Positions 46,398 through 55,681 of a DNA stretch of 64,000 bases are shown one piece after another. A model generated the notes under the pieces. The model had not been told where the DNA came from, made no database searches, and was given only the letters and a program-made list of their open reading frames with translations. Source of the DNA: an uncultured Candidatus Entotheonella sp. (lineage in GTDB: Bacteria; Tectomicrobia; Entotheonellia; Entotheonellales; Entotheonellaceae); NCBI GenBank assembly GCA_965215335.1, contig CBDCDA010000002.1, forward strand, positions 416,001 through 480,000, written 5' to 3'. The position numbers were made by a program, and so were the translations under genes. Position 1 is the first letter of the stretch. Every line of letters begins with the position of its first letter.

Positions 46398-47135
46398 ATG
46401 CAGGACGAGACGCGGCTGGTGCATGCCGGCAGAGACCCCGCAGCGGGACGGCGGCATCGTCAATCCGCCCGTCAGCCGCGCCTCCACGGTGCTGTACCCG
46501 ACACTGGACGCCTTTGCCAGGCGCGACGATGGCGACGCCAAGTACCGCGCCGTGCGCTACGGCGCCTGCGGAGTGGCCAACACCTTTGCGCTGGCCGACA
46601 CGGTGGCAGAGCTGGAAGGCAGCACCGGAGCGGGGGTCACCTCCACCGGCCTGTCCGCCGTCACCCTTGCCCTCACCGCCTTGATGGGGCATGACGATCA
46701 CGTCCTGATGACGGATTCCGCTTACGGTCCGACGCGTGCTTTCTGCGACGAGGTTCTGACCCGCTTGTCGGCGCCGACATCGCCGGGTCGATGCAGCCCA
46801 ACACCCGCATCGTGTTCACCGATCCCGGTGACCCCGGGCACGCCACCTGGAAGCGCGATTTTGCCGGTGCGTGCAGCCTGTTCAGCGTGGTGCTGCACAC
46901 CGGCGACGAAACTGCCGTCGCCCGCATGGTCGACGCCTATCGTTACTTCAAGATCGGCGCCAGCTGGGGCGGCTCCGAAAGCCTCGTCATCCCCGTCTAC
47001 CCCGCCCAACTACGCACCACCGTCCCCTGGACGGAAACCGGCTTCGTGCTGCGCTACCACGGCCTGGAAGCTCCCGAGGATTTGATCGCTGATCTGGAGG
47101 AAGGATTCGAACGCCTGCGGCAAGCTCTGAGCTGA
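46398..47135 (+). pseudogene. metC: Cystathionine beta-lyase pseudogene (frameshifts plus a large internal deletion)
   Basis: ETRLVHAG / GIVNPPVSRASTVL / DSAYGPTR / NTRIVF joined directly to GHATWKRDFAGACSLFS...IGASWGGSESL. The PLP-lysine region is missing. Confidence 0.85.
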
Positions 47136-47274
47136 GCCCGGCATGAAAACGTTTGGGCGGCGGGGATGCGGATACGCACACCGCGCTGTGAGAGGACCGC
47201 CACCGGAAGTCCTTCAATCGACGCTGCAACGCTTGATTCGTTGCACGTCCGGTACATCTCGATCGTATTGCCAT

Positions 47275-47411
47275 GGGTCGGATCGACTCTGCCAGGCGGG
47301 GAACAATGGGGTAAACCCCTGGGCTGGTACCATGCTGGCGTGTCTCCCGCCTCCGCAGACACGGTCCATCGACAAAGTCGAGGGACTGGTACTTCGGGAC
47401 CAGGGCGGCCC
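47275..47411 (+). ncRNA. Candidate structured non-coding RNA, family not recognised
   Basis: Closing helix, long interrupted stem, three hairpins and a cUUCGg tetraloop. G-U pairs favour the + strand. Confidence 0.45.
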
Positions 47412-47413
47412 CA

Positions 47414-47433
47414 CAGCACCAGCCCTGGTGCTG
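47414..47433. terminator. Hairpin just after the metY stop and after the candidate ncRNA
   Basis: CAGCACCA-GCCC-TGGTGCTG; no U tract. Confidence 0.5.
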
Positions 47434-47440
47434 ACATCCC

Positions 47441-48715
47441 CTACCTCGCCGCCGTCAGAGCCTGATCAACATCCGCAACGATGTCCTCGATATGCTCGAT
47501 GCCGATGCAGAGGCGGATCATGTCGGGCGTGACGCCGGCGTCCGCTTGCTCGGACTCGGTCAACTGGCGGTGCGTGGTTGACGCCGGGTGGGCCGCCAGG
47601 GACTTGGCGTCGCCGATGTTGACGAGACGCTTGAACAGCTTCAGGGCGTCGTAGAACTTCACGCCGGCGTCATAGCCGCCCTTGACGCCGAAGCTGAGCA
47701 GGGCGGAGGGGCGGCCGTTGGTGTATTTCTGCGCCAGGTCGTAGTACCTGGAATCCGGCAGCCCGGCGTAGTGCACCCAGGCGACCTGGTTGTGCGATTG
47801 CAGGTGATTGGCCACCGCCATCGCGTTGTCCACGTGGCGCTCCATGCGCAGCGGCAGGGTTTCGAGGCCCTGCAGGAGCAGGAAGGCGTTGAACGGGCTG
47901 AGGGCTGAACCGGTGTTGCGCAGCGGCACCGTGCGCACCCGTCCGATGTAGGCCGCCGGGCCAAGGGCGTCGCTGTACACGATGCCGTGATAGGCCGGCT
48001 CCGGCTGCGTCAGGCCGGGGTATTTCGAGGCGTGCTCGGTCCAGGGGAACTTGCCACTGTCGACAATCACGCCGCCCAGCGAGTTGCCGTGGCCGCCCAT
48101 GTATTTCGTCATCGAGTGCACGACGATGTCAATGCCGTAATCAATGGGCTTGAGCAGCGGCGGCGGCGTCACCGTGCTGTCGACGATCACCGGCACGCCG
48201 TGGCTGTGCGCCATGTCAGCGATCGCTTCGATGTCCGCGATATTGCCCGCCGGGTTGCCGATCGTCTCCGCGAACACCGCGATGGTCTTGCCGTCGATGA
48301 GCCGCTCCAGGCTCGCCGGACTGTCGTCGGCGGCGAACCGCACCTCGATGCCCTGCTTCGGCAGCATGTGCGCGAACAGGGTATACGTGCCACCGTACAG
48401 CAGCGGCACCGACACCACGTTGTTGCCCGCCTGGGCAATGGTCAGAATCGAGTAGTTCACCGCCGCGCTGCCGGCGCTCAGGGCCAGCCCGGCGACGCCG
48501 TTCTCCAGGGCCGCCACCCGTTTTTCCAGCACGTCGTTGGTGGGATTCATGATGCGGGTGTATATATTGCCCGGCACCGCCAGGTTGAACAAATCGGCGC
48601 CGTGCCGGGCGTTGTCGAATTCGTACGCCACGGTCTGGTAAATGGGTACCGCCACGGCATGGGTCGTCGGATCGGTTTCGTAGCCGCCGTGAATCGCCAT
48701 GGTTTCGTCTCGCAT
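47441..48715 (-). CDS. metY: O-acetylhomoserine aminocarboxypropyltransferase (sulfhydrylase)
   Basis: Motifs PIYQTVAY, GNIYTRIMNPT, HSMTKYMGGHG, NIGDAKSL and HPASTTH. Confidence 0.95.
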   Translation of the reverse strand: MRDETMAIHGGYETDPTTHAVAVPIYQTVAYEFDNARHGADLFNLAVPGNIYTRIMNPTNDVLEKRVAALENGVAGLALSAGSAAVNYSILTIAQAGNNVVSVPLLYGGTYTLFAHMLPKQGIEVRFAADDSPASLERLIDGKTIAVFAETIGNPAGNIADIEAIADMAHSHGVPVIVDSTVTPPPLLKPIDYGIDIVVHSMTKYMGGHGNSLGGVIVDSGKFPWTEHASKYPGLTQPEPAYHGIVYSDALGPAAYIGRVRTVPLRNTGSALSPFNAFLLLQGLETLPLRMERHVDNAMAVANHLQSHNQVAWVHYAGLPDSRYYDLAQKYTNGRPSALLSFGVKGGYDAGVKFYDALKLFKRLVNIGDAKSLAAHPASTTHRQLTESEQADAGVTPDMIRLCIGIEHIEDIVADVDQALTAAR

Positions 48716-48764
48716 GCAAGCACTCCTTCGATTGCCGTCTAACGGCTATGAACGCGGATGGAAA

Positions 48765-49844
48765 TCAGGATGGGCAATCCCTCAGGCCGAGCGGATCATG
48801 AGGGTCGATGTCCGGCATGAATGGCAGGCGGCGGTCCGGATGGGTCAAGCGGTACACCAACCCCAGCCAGTTGTTGAAAATCGCCTTGCCCGTGTCGCCC
48901 CAGGTGTTGTCGAGGTGGGGCTCGATCGCCGCTTCCGGGAAGAGAGGAAGCGGTTCCCCGTGCGCCTTGGCCAGGGCGGTCTGACGCACATGGGAAGCCG
49001 CCAGATCAGCGGCTTTGGCAGAGAAATAATGCTCTGGATAGGGCGGTGAGTCGTCAATCTCGTCGCTGAGATAGCGCAGCGTCTCGCGCTTGTACTCCTT
49101 CAGCAGGCTGTTGTAGTCGTACTCCGGATGACCCTGGAAATACACGATGCGGAACTGGTCGGGACTCACGGCCATGTGCACGCCCGCCTCGTCGCTGTCT
49201 ACCAGTACCCGCAGCCCCGCCGCCGCCAACTCGTCGCGCGTCACTTCGTTCCAGCGCGAGTGCGGTACGTCGAAGCGCGTATTGATCCCCTGCAGCAGCG
49301 GATGCGAGCGACTGCGCACGCGGTGGCTGTACACCCCCCACTGCTTGCGCGGCAGCTTCCGCCGGTCGATCTGGTACAATTGCTTGACCAGCGCGTGCGT
49401 GGCCAGACAGGAACACAGGATGCTCGTCACGTTGTCCGTCGCCCACTCGATCACCTCGCGCAGCGGCGTCCAGAACGGCTCCAGTTCCAGCGACGGCTGG
49501 GTGACGTTGGCCCCCGAAATGATCAGGGCGTCCAACCCTGCCGCGCGCAGGTCCTCGAAGTCGGCGTAGTAGGTGTCGATGTGGGTGGCGGCCTCGGGGC
49601 TGCGCGGCAGGCCGGGAACGGAAAAGGGATGGATGTAGAACTGCACGATCTGGTTGCAGTTGCCGACGAGACGCATGTACTGCTGTTCGGTGACGGTGAG
49701 AGCCGCGTCGGGCATCATGTTCAGCAGGCCGATGTGGAGCTCGCGGATGTCCTGCGACACAGCCCGCTCCAGCGTCAGGACGTCGTACCCCCCTTGGCGC
49801 AAGCGGTCGAAGGTGGGCAGGTTGGTGTGCGCCACGAGGGGCAT
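48765..49844 (-). CDS. metA: Homoserine O-acyltransferase, MetA family (acetyl vs succinyl not determinable)
   Basis: Motifs QDIRELHIGLLNMMP, DALIISGA, SCLA, PHSRWN and QGHPEYD. Confidence 0.92.
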   Translation of the reverse strand: MPLVAHTNLPTFDRLRQGGYDVLTLERAVSQDIRELHIGLLNMMPDAALTVTEQQYMRLVGNCNQIVQFYIHPFSVPGLPRSPEAATHIDTYYADFEDLRAAGLDALIISGANVTQPSLELEPFWTPLREVIEWATDNVTSILCSCLATHALVKQLYQIDRRKLPRKQWGVYSHRVRSRSHPLLQGINTRFDVPHSRWNEVTRDELAAAGLRVLVDSDEAGVHMAVSPDQFRIVYFQGHPEYDYNSLLKEYKRETLRYLSDEIDDSPPYPEHYFSAKAADLAASHVRQTALAKAHGEPLPLFPEAAIEPHLDNTWGDTGKAIFNNWLGLVYRLTHPDRRLPFMPDIDPHDPLGLRDCPS

Positions 49845-49948
49845 GCTCGACTCCTCCGTTTTCCCGCTGGGTGGCGGGCGCTACAGGCCATTCCAGATCG
49901 CCGGGAAGTATACAGCACAAGCCGAAACGGATTCAAAGGAGCAGACCG

Positions 49949-51670
49949 ATGGGGACGCCGCTGTCGCGTGAAACCCTGGCCGCCCAGGCCATGGGCGTGG
50001 TGGACTCGGAAACCGGCGCCCTGGTGCCGCCGCTGTACCCCGCCACTACCTACGAGACGCATCCCGACGGCTCCCTGCGCGACGGCCGCGCCTACACCCG
50101 CGCCGACAACCCCACTTATGACCCCGCTGAACAATCGCTCAACATGCTGGAAGGCGGCGCCGGCGGCATCCTGTTCGCTTCCGGCAACGCCGCCGCCACC
50201 GCGGTGTTTCAGTCGCTGCTGCCCGGCGATCACGTATTGGTGAGTCGCATCCTGTACTGGGGCATTCGCAAGTGGCTGGCGGAGTTCGCCGTCACCTGGG
50301 GGCTGGACGTCGAATTTGTCGATGTGACGGACCTCGAAGCCCTGCGCGCCGCCCTGCGTCCCGGCGTGACACGCCTGTTGTGGCTGGAGACGCCGGCCAA
50401 CCCGACGTGGGAAATTACCGACATCGCCGCGGCTACAGAGATCGCGCATGCGGCGCAGGTGTGCGTGGCGGTAGACAACACGGTGCCGACGCCCGTGCTG
50501 ACACGGCCCATCGAACTGGGCGCCGACGTGGTGGTGCACTCGGCGACCAAATACCTCAACGGCCACAGCGACGTGCTGGCCGGCGCCGTGGTCACGGCGC
50601 GGCTGGACCCGTTCTGGGAGCGCATCCGCTCCTGGCGCCGCAACGCCGGGGCGATGCTGGGGCCGTTCGAGGCGTGGCTGCTGCAGCGCGGCATGCGGAC
50701 CCTGTTTGTCCGCGTACGGCGCGCCTCCGAAACGGCGCTGATGCTGGCGCGGCAGTTGCAGGGTCACCCGGCGCTCAAGGCGGTGCTGTACCCGGGATTG
50801 CCGTCGCATCCGGGCCACGCGACGGCAGCGCGGCAGATGCACGGCGGGTTTGGCGGCATGCTGTCGGTCCGGGTCGCCGGCGGCGCAGAACAGGCGCTGG
50901 CCGTGACCGCGGCGGCGCGGGTGTTCAAGCGCGCCACCTCGCTCGGCGGCGTGGAGAGCCTGATCGAGCACCGGTTGAGCACCGAAGGCCCGTCGTCGCC
51001 CGTGCCGGGGGACCTGTTGCGGCTGTCGGTCGGCCTGGAGACGCCGGAGGACCTGCTGGCGGACCTGGCAGCCGCGCTCGATGCCTCCAGGCGTGTACGC
51101 GCCGCTTCCGCGGCAACGCCGGCTCCTCTGGAGCCGGCGTCCGAGGTCGTGACCAACGTGCGGGAGGTGGTGGAACACAGTGTGGCACCCCTGATCATCG
51201 CGCGCGGCGGCAAGGTGCGGCTGGTGTCGGTCGATGCCGGGGTCGTCACCCTGGAGGCAAGCGGGTCACCCGGCGCCGTCCTGCCGGCTGAAGCGCACGT
51301 GAAAGCGCTGCTGCGCAGCGCCGTCGCCGAGGTCACGGACGTGCGGCTGGTCTGGCCCGGGGATGCGGGGCCGGTTCGGCCTGATACGGACTCGGCGGCT
51401 CTGTCCGAGCGCGTGCAGGCCATCCTGGAGGCGGAAATCAACCCCGCCGTCGCCATGCACGGCGGCCGCGTCACCCTGGTCGAGACGCAGGCCGACCGCA
51501 TCACCCTTCGCCTCGAGGACGGCTGCCAGGGTTGCAACCTCGCCATCGTCACCGTCCGCCAAGGCATCGAGCCCCTTCTGCGCGCCCGCCTGGGACGTGA
51601 GGTGATTGTCGTCGATGCGACCGATCACGCCGCCGGCACGTCGCCTTTCTTCACACCGTCGAAACGATAA
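49949..51670 (+). CDS. Cystathionine gamma-synthase/lyase family PLP enzyme fused to tandem NifU/NfuA-like domains
   Basis: YTRADNPT, ETPANP, HSATKYLNGHSD, ATSLGGVESL, LRLSVGLE, then VAPLIIARGGKVRLV and EINPAVAMHGG...GCQGC...DATDHAAG. RBS AAGGAG. Confidence 0.88.
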   Translation: MGTPLSRETLAAQAMGVVDSETGALVPPLYPATTYETHPDGSLRDGRAYTRADNPTYDPAEQSLNMLEGGAGGILFASGNAAATAVFQSLLPGDHVLVSRILYWGIRKWLAEFAVTWGLDVEFVDVTDLEALRAALRPGVTRLLWLETPANPTWEITDIAAATEIAHAAQVCVAVDNTVPTPVLTRPIELGADVVVHSATKYLNGHSDVLAGAVVTARLDPFWERIRSWRRNAGAMLGPFEAWLLQRGMRTLFVRVRRASETALMLARQLQGHPALKAVLYPGLPSHPGHATAARQMHGGFGGMLSVRVAGGAEQALAVTAAARVFKRATSLGGVESLIEHRLSTEGPSSPVPGDLLRLSVGLETPEDLLADLAAALDASRRVRAASAATPAPLEPASEVVTNVREVVEHSVAPLIIARGGKVRLVSVDAGVVTLEASGSPGAVLPAEAHVKALLRSAVAEVTDVRLVWPGDAGPVRPDTDSAALSERVQAILEAEINPAVAMHGGRVTLVETQADRITLRLEDGCQGCNLAIVTVRQGIEPLLRARLGREVIVVDATDHAAGTSPFFTPSKR

Positions 51671-51683
51671 GGAGAATCAAGCC

Positions 51684-53078
51684 ATGACGCAAGGATACGA
51701 CCCAGATGGCGAACGACTGCCGATCAAGCTGGATTCAACGTCGAACGGCGAGTTCGTGCCGATTCCGCTGACCGCCAGGCAACGGGCGGCGAACCGGCTG
51801 GCGCGGCAGCAGGCGGCGGAGAACGCCAGGCGCGTGGGCATGGGACGCCGGGCGTTTCTGGTATCGGCGTGCGGCGCGGCCAGCACGTTGCTGGCGTTCA
51901 ACGCCGTCAACGCCGCAGCGGGGCAACGGGGCGGCGCCTTCGACCTGACGGCCGAGGCGGCCGCCGACCCGGAGGCGGCGGCCCGGGCGCTGGGCGGCAA
52001 GGAGTTCATCTTCGACGTGCAGGGCCACTTCATCGGCGAGGCGGCGTTGCGCCCGGGCAGCCCGCGCGGGCCGAAGCATTTCATCAAGGACGTGTTTCTC
52101 GACAGCGATACCGACATGATGGTGCTGTCGTTCGTGCCGTCGCGTCGCGACAGCGAGCCGTTGACCATCCGCGAGGCCGACGCGGTGCGGCAGATCGTGG
52201 ACGACCTGGAAGGCTCGCACCGCCTGCTGCTGCACGGGCGCGTCAACCCTAACCAGGCCGGCGACATCGAGGGCATGGACGAATTGGCCGAACGCTGGGG
52301 CGTCTCCGCCTGGAAGACCTACACGCAATGGGGACCCGACGGCCGCGGCTATTTCCTGTCGGACCCCGGCACCGGCATCCCTTTTATCGAGAAGGCGCGC
52401 CGCCTGGGCGTCAAGGTCATCTGCGTCCACAAGGGCATTCCGTTCGGCAGGCGGTCCTACGAGCACAGCCTGTGCGACGACGTGGGGGTGGTGGCCAGGC
52501 ACTTCCCGGACGTCAGCTTCATCATCTACCACTCGGGCTGGGTGCCGGGGCAACCGGAACGCGCCTACCAGCCGGACGCCAGGCGGGAAGGCATCGACTC
52601 GCTGGTACGCTCGCTGCTGGACAACGGCGTGCCACCGAACCGCAACGTCTACGCCGAGCTCGGCAGCACCTGGCGGGGCGTCATGGGGGATCCGGACAGT
52701 GCCGCCCATTGCCTGGGGAAGCTGTTCAAACACGTGGGGGAAAACAACGTCCTGTGGGGAACGGATGCGATCTGGTACGGCTCGCCACAGGACCAGATCC
52801 AGGCCTTTCGCACCTTCCAGATCGCACCGGAATTCCAGGCGCGCTACGGCTATCCGGCGATCACCCCTGAACTGCGCGCCAAGGTCTTCGGCCTCAACGC
52901 CACCAGGCCGTACCGGATCAGCGCCGCCGAAGTGCTGAAACGGGCCAGCCGCGACGCCATCGCCACCCGGCGCCTGGCCTACGCGGAAAGCCCCGACCCG
53001 CACTTCCTGACCTTCGGGCCAAGAACCCGCCGCGAGTTCAACCGGCTCGTGCGCCTGCACGGCGGCTCGCGTGTCTGA
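51684..53078 (+). CDS. Amidohydrolase_2 family protein
   Basis: Motifs FDVQGH, WKTYT, ICVHKG, IYHSG and LWGTDAIW; internal RRAFL twin-arginine-like segment. Confidence 0.85.
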   Translation: MTQGYDPDGERLPIKLDSTSNGEFVPIPLTARQRAANRLARQQAAENARRVGMGRRAFLVSACGAASTLLAFNAVNAAAGQRGGAFDLTAEAAADPEAAARALGGKEFIFDVQGHFIGEAALRPGSPRGPKHFIKDVFLDSDTDMMVLSFVPSRRDSEPLTIREADAVRQIVDDLEGSHRLLLHGRVNPNQAGDIEGMDELAERWGVSAWKTYTQWGPDGRGYFLSDPGTGIPFIEKARRLGVKVICVHKGIPFGRRSYEHSLCDDVGVVARHFPDVSFIIYHSGWVPGQPERAYQPDARREGIDSLVRSLLDNGVPPNRNVYAELGSTWRGVMGDPDSAAHCLGKLFKHVGENNVLWGTDAIWYGSPQDQIQAFRTFQIAPEFQARYGYPAITPELRAKVFGLNATRPYRISAAEVLKRASRDAIATRRLAYAESPDPHFLTFGPRTRREFNRLVRLHGGSRV

Positions 53079-53128
53079 ACCGGCCTGCCGTCCGGTGGAT
53101 AAGACCCAGCAAGTCGTCTTCAGGCACA

Positions 53129-53163
53129 AGTAGTCCCTCCGGGAGTGTCCCGGAGGGACTACT
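53129..53163. terminator. 16-bp perfect palindrome between convergent genes (REP-like, GTAG...CTAC)
   Basis: AGTAGTCCCTCCGGGA-GTG-TCCCGGAGGGACTACT. Confidence 0.6.
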
Positions 53164-53188
53164 CGGAGCCGTCATTTCGACCGGCACT

Positions 53189-53605
53189 CTACACCGGCTC
53201 GAACATCGGCAGCGTCACCGCATCCTCCCCCTGATCCTCCCAGCGCACCCGTACCCGCATGCCGCACGTCACGTCCCGCACCGGGTCTTCCACGCCGACG
53301 ATGTTGGACATCATCCGAAAGCCCTCGTCGAGGTCCACGTAGGCCACCGCGTAGGCGCCCAGGTCGGCGAAGGCCGGGTGGCGGCTCTGCATGATGACGC
53401 TGAAGGTGTACACCGTCCCCTCACCCCTGGAGACGCGCCAGGTGGTCTCGCGCCCGCCGCATTGGGGGCAGTGGCGGCGCGGGTAGAAGATGACGGCGTG
53501 ACACCGGTCGCAGGTCTGGTACGTCAGTTCGTGGCGCCTGGTGGCGTCCCAGAAGGGCTGCGTGTCCGGTTCGGGGAAGCGGGGCTGGGGTCTTGCTGCG
53601 GCCAT
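53189..53605 (-). CDS. DUF35 Zn-ribbon / OB-fold protein (thiolase partner)
   Basis: Motifs PFWDA, CDRC...YPRRHCPQC, GEGTVYTFS and VDLDEG. Confidence 0.93.
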   Translation of the reverse strand: MAAARPQPRFPEPDTQPFWDATRRHELTYQTCDRCHAVIFYPRRHCPQCGGRETTWRVSRGEGTVYTFSVIMQSRHPAFADLGAYAVAYVDLDEGFRMMSNIVGVEDPVRDVTCGMRVRVRWEDQGEDAVTLPMFEPV

Positions 53606-53654
53606 GGTGGTTCCCTCCTATCGCTTGGTTCCCTTGTCGCCGTCCATGCGCGGG

Positions 53655-54254
53655 TCAGGCGTTTTCGACGATGTACTGCAACACGCCAAGAATCTTCCCG
53701 AGATTGTCGATGTAGTATTCCTTCAGGTCCAGCGTGACCGTCGTGCCCTCCAGGCGCAGGAATTTCCACGCACTGCCCGTTGTCACGACGCCCCATATGA
53801 CGGCAATCGTGCTGCCCTCCCGTTGGTTGTACAGTGCCGACGCGTACATCTCCGCAATGCACTGGCACAACCCATTTCGCAGGTTATCGTTTTTGGCCTC
53901 GACAACCGTCACGAGGGGTGCACTGAGGATGAACTGACGTGTGGCTTTCGTGAGGATAAAATCGCACACACCGGTGAGGCCCTTGCCGGGATCCACGTCC
54001 AGCGCAACGCCGGAGAACAACCCCACCGTACCCCCCAACAGCCGGCGCAGTTCCAAGAGGACGGGGGCAATGATGAATCCGGATTTTGCCTTTTCCGTGT
54101 TGATGGCCAGGGCGATAGCGGCCCCGTCCGTCAGCGTGGTGACAAAATCCGCCCGTAGCGGCACCACCGGAAGGGGGGAAAACAGGTCGGCTTCGTCGAC
54201 CGCGAGCCCCAAGGTCTGTTGGACCTGGGGGAAAGTAAAGTCGGAGAATGCCAT
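53655..54254 (-). CDS. Hypothetical PD-(D/E)xK restriction-endonuclease-fold protein
   Basis: Motifs MAFSDFT, NTEKAKS, GVCDFIL...VVEAK...QCIAEM and GVVTTGSAWKF; lower GC than the flanks. Confidence 0.75.
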   Translation of the reverse strand: MAFSDFTFPQVQQTLGLAVDEADLFSPLPVVPLRADFVTTLTDGAAIALAINTEKAKSGFIIAPVLLELRRLLGGTVGLFSGVALDVDPGKGLTGVCDFILTKATRQFILSAPLVTVVEAKNDNLRNGLCQCIAEMYASALYNQREGSTIAVIWGVVTTGSAWKFLRLEGTTVTLDLKEYYIDNLGKILGVLQYIVENA

Positions 54255-54305
54255 CGCTTCACATACCCCGCAGGGACGGCCCGCCGGAACGGTTGACGGT
54301 CAGGA

Positions 54306-55496
54306 TCAGCCGGCAGCCAGGATGGTGACCGCGGTGGCGTGACGGGAACCGAGCTGGCCGCCGTTTCCCACCGCAACGGCCAGCCTGGCGTCGGTCACCT
54401 GCGAGGTGGACTCGCCGCGCAGCTGCCGCGCGGCCTCGATCAGCAGAAAGATGCCGCGCTGTCCGGGATGGTTCGACGACAGCCCGCCGCCATCGGTATT
54501 CAGGGCCGGCTTGCGCGGGTCGTCGAACACCAGATGCCCCTCGCTCACGTACGCCCCGCCCTCGCCCTTGGCGCAGAAGCCCAGGTCTTCAATCAGGCAC
54601 ATGACGGTAACGCTGAACGAATCGTAGGCCATCAGCACGTCGATTTCCGCGGGCGTCACCCCGGCTTCGCCGAATGCCGGCGGGGCGGCCTGCGCCCCGG
54701 CGCTGACGGTGATGTCGCCGCCGTTCTCGCGGTACTTGGTCGCCTCACCGGCGCCGATGATCCACACCGGCTTCTTGCGGGCGTTGCGGGCAACTTCGGG
54801 GGACGCGATCACCACCGCGCCGCCGCCGTCGGAGACCATGCAGCATTCCAGCAAGCGCAGGGGATGGGCGATCAGACGCGATCCCAGCACGTCGCTGACG
54901 GTGATCTCGCGTACCCCGACGAACTGCAGGTCGGTCATCGCCTGCACGGCCTCGGGGTTACGCATGGCGTGGCGCCGCGTGACCACGGAGATGTGGGCAA
55001 ATTGCTCGTCCGTGGTGCCGTACTGGTGCATGTGGCGGTTCTTGACCATGGCGTAATTGCCGATGAGCGTCAGGCCCCACGGGTCTTCCATGTTGTTGAC
55101 GAACGTCGCCGGCCCCACGCTGGTGGCGCCCGCGGTGCCGATGGCGCGGCGGTCCGAGTGGGCGGTGGCGCCGTAGGTCAGCAGGGCCACGTTGCACTTG
55201 CCGGCGGCAATCATGCCGAGGGCGTGATTGGCCTGGAACTCGAAGGAGCTCCCGCCCACGTAAGTGGTGTCGATGAGCCGGGGCTTGAGGCCGAAATACT
55301 CCGAGATGGCCAGCCCGCTGATACCCTGATCGCCGCCGGTGTCGTACACCGCGTCGACGTCCTGCCAGCTCAGCCCGGCGTCTTCGAGGCTGCGGGCGGC
55401 GCACGCCGCTTTGATCTGCAGGGCGCTGGCGCTGCCGTCCACGCGCCAGGGATATTCATGAATTCCGACAATCGCGGCGTCTCTCCGCTGCGCCAT
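54306..55496 (-). CDS. Thiolase-like protein (SCP-x type, C-terminal thiolase domain)
   Basis: Motifs VGGSS, CCMVSDGG, YDSFS, LGFCAKGEGG and NTDGGGLSSNHPG. Confidence 0.92.
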   Translation of the reverse strand: MAQRRDAAIVGIHEYPWRVDGSASALQIKAACAARSLEDAGLSWQDVDAVYDTGGDQGISGLAISEYFGLKPRLIDTTYVGGSSFEFQANHALGMIAAGKCNVALLTYGATAHSDRRAIGTAGATSVGPATFVNNMEDPWGLTLIGNYAMVKNRHMHQYGTTDEQFAHISVVTRRHAMRNPEAVQAMTDLQFVGVREITVSDVLGSRLIAHPLRLLECCMVSDGGGAVVIASPEVARNARKKPVWIIGAGEATKYRENGGDITVSAGAQAAPPAFGEAGVTPAEIDVLMAYDSFSVTVMCLIEDLGFCAKGEGGAYVSEGHLVFDDPRKPALNTDGGGLSSNHPGQRGIFLLIEAARQLRGESTSQVTDARLAVAVGNGGQLGSRHATAVTILAAG

Positions 55497-55593
55497 TGGC
55501 GCCTCCTTTCTGTCCGAATAAGGCATGTTCGCTTGCCAGCCAAAGGAGGGCGCCACCGTAACACGCAGCCCCAGGGCCGTCAACGCGCGGCGT

Positions 55594-55622
55594 TTGCATT
55601 CGCCACGCCGTTCGTGTAGCTT
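55594..55622 (+). promoter_or_regulatory. Putative sigma70-type promoter
   Basis: TTGCAT - 17 bp - TAGCTT upstream of the DUF294 gene. Confidence 0.5.
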
Positions 55623-55681
55623 ACTCGCGCTGTTCAGCCTCGCCGATATCGACGATTCGACATCACTTCCAGCGGCAAGCC

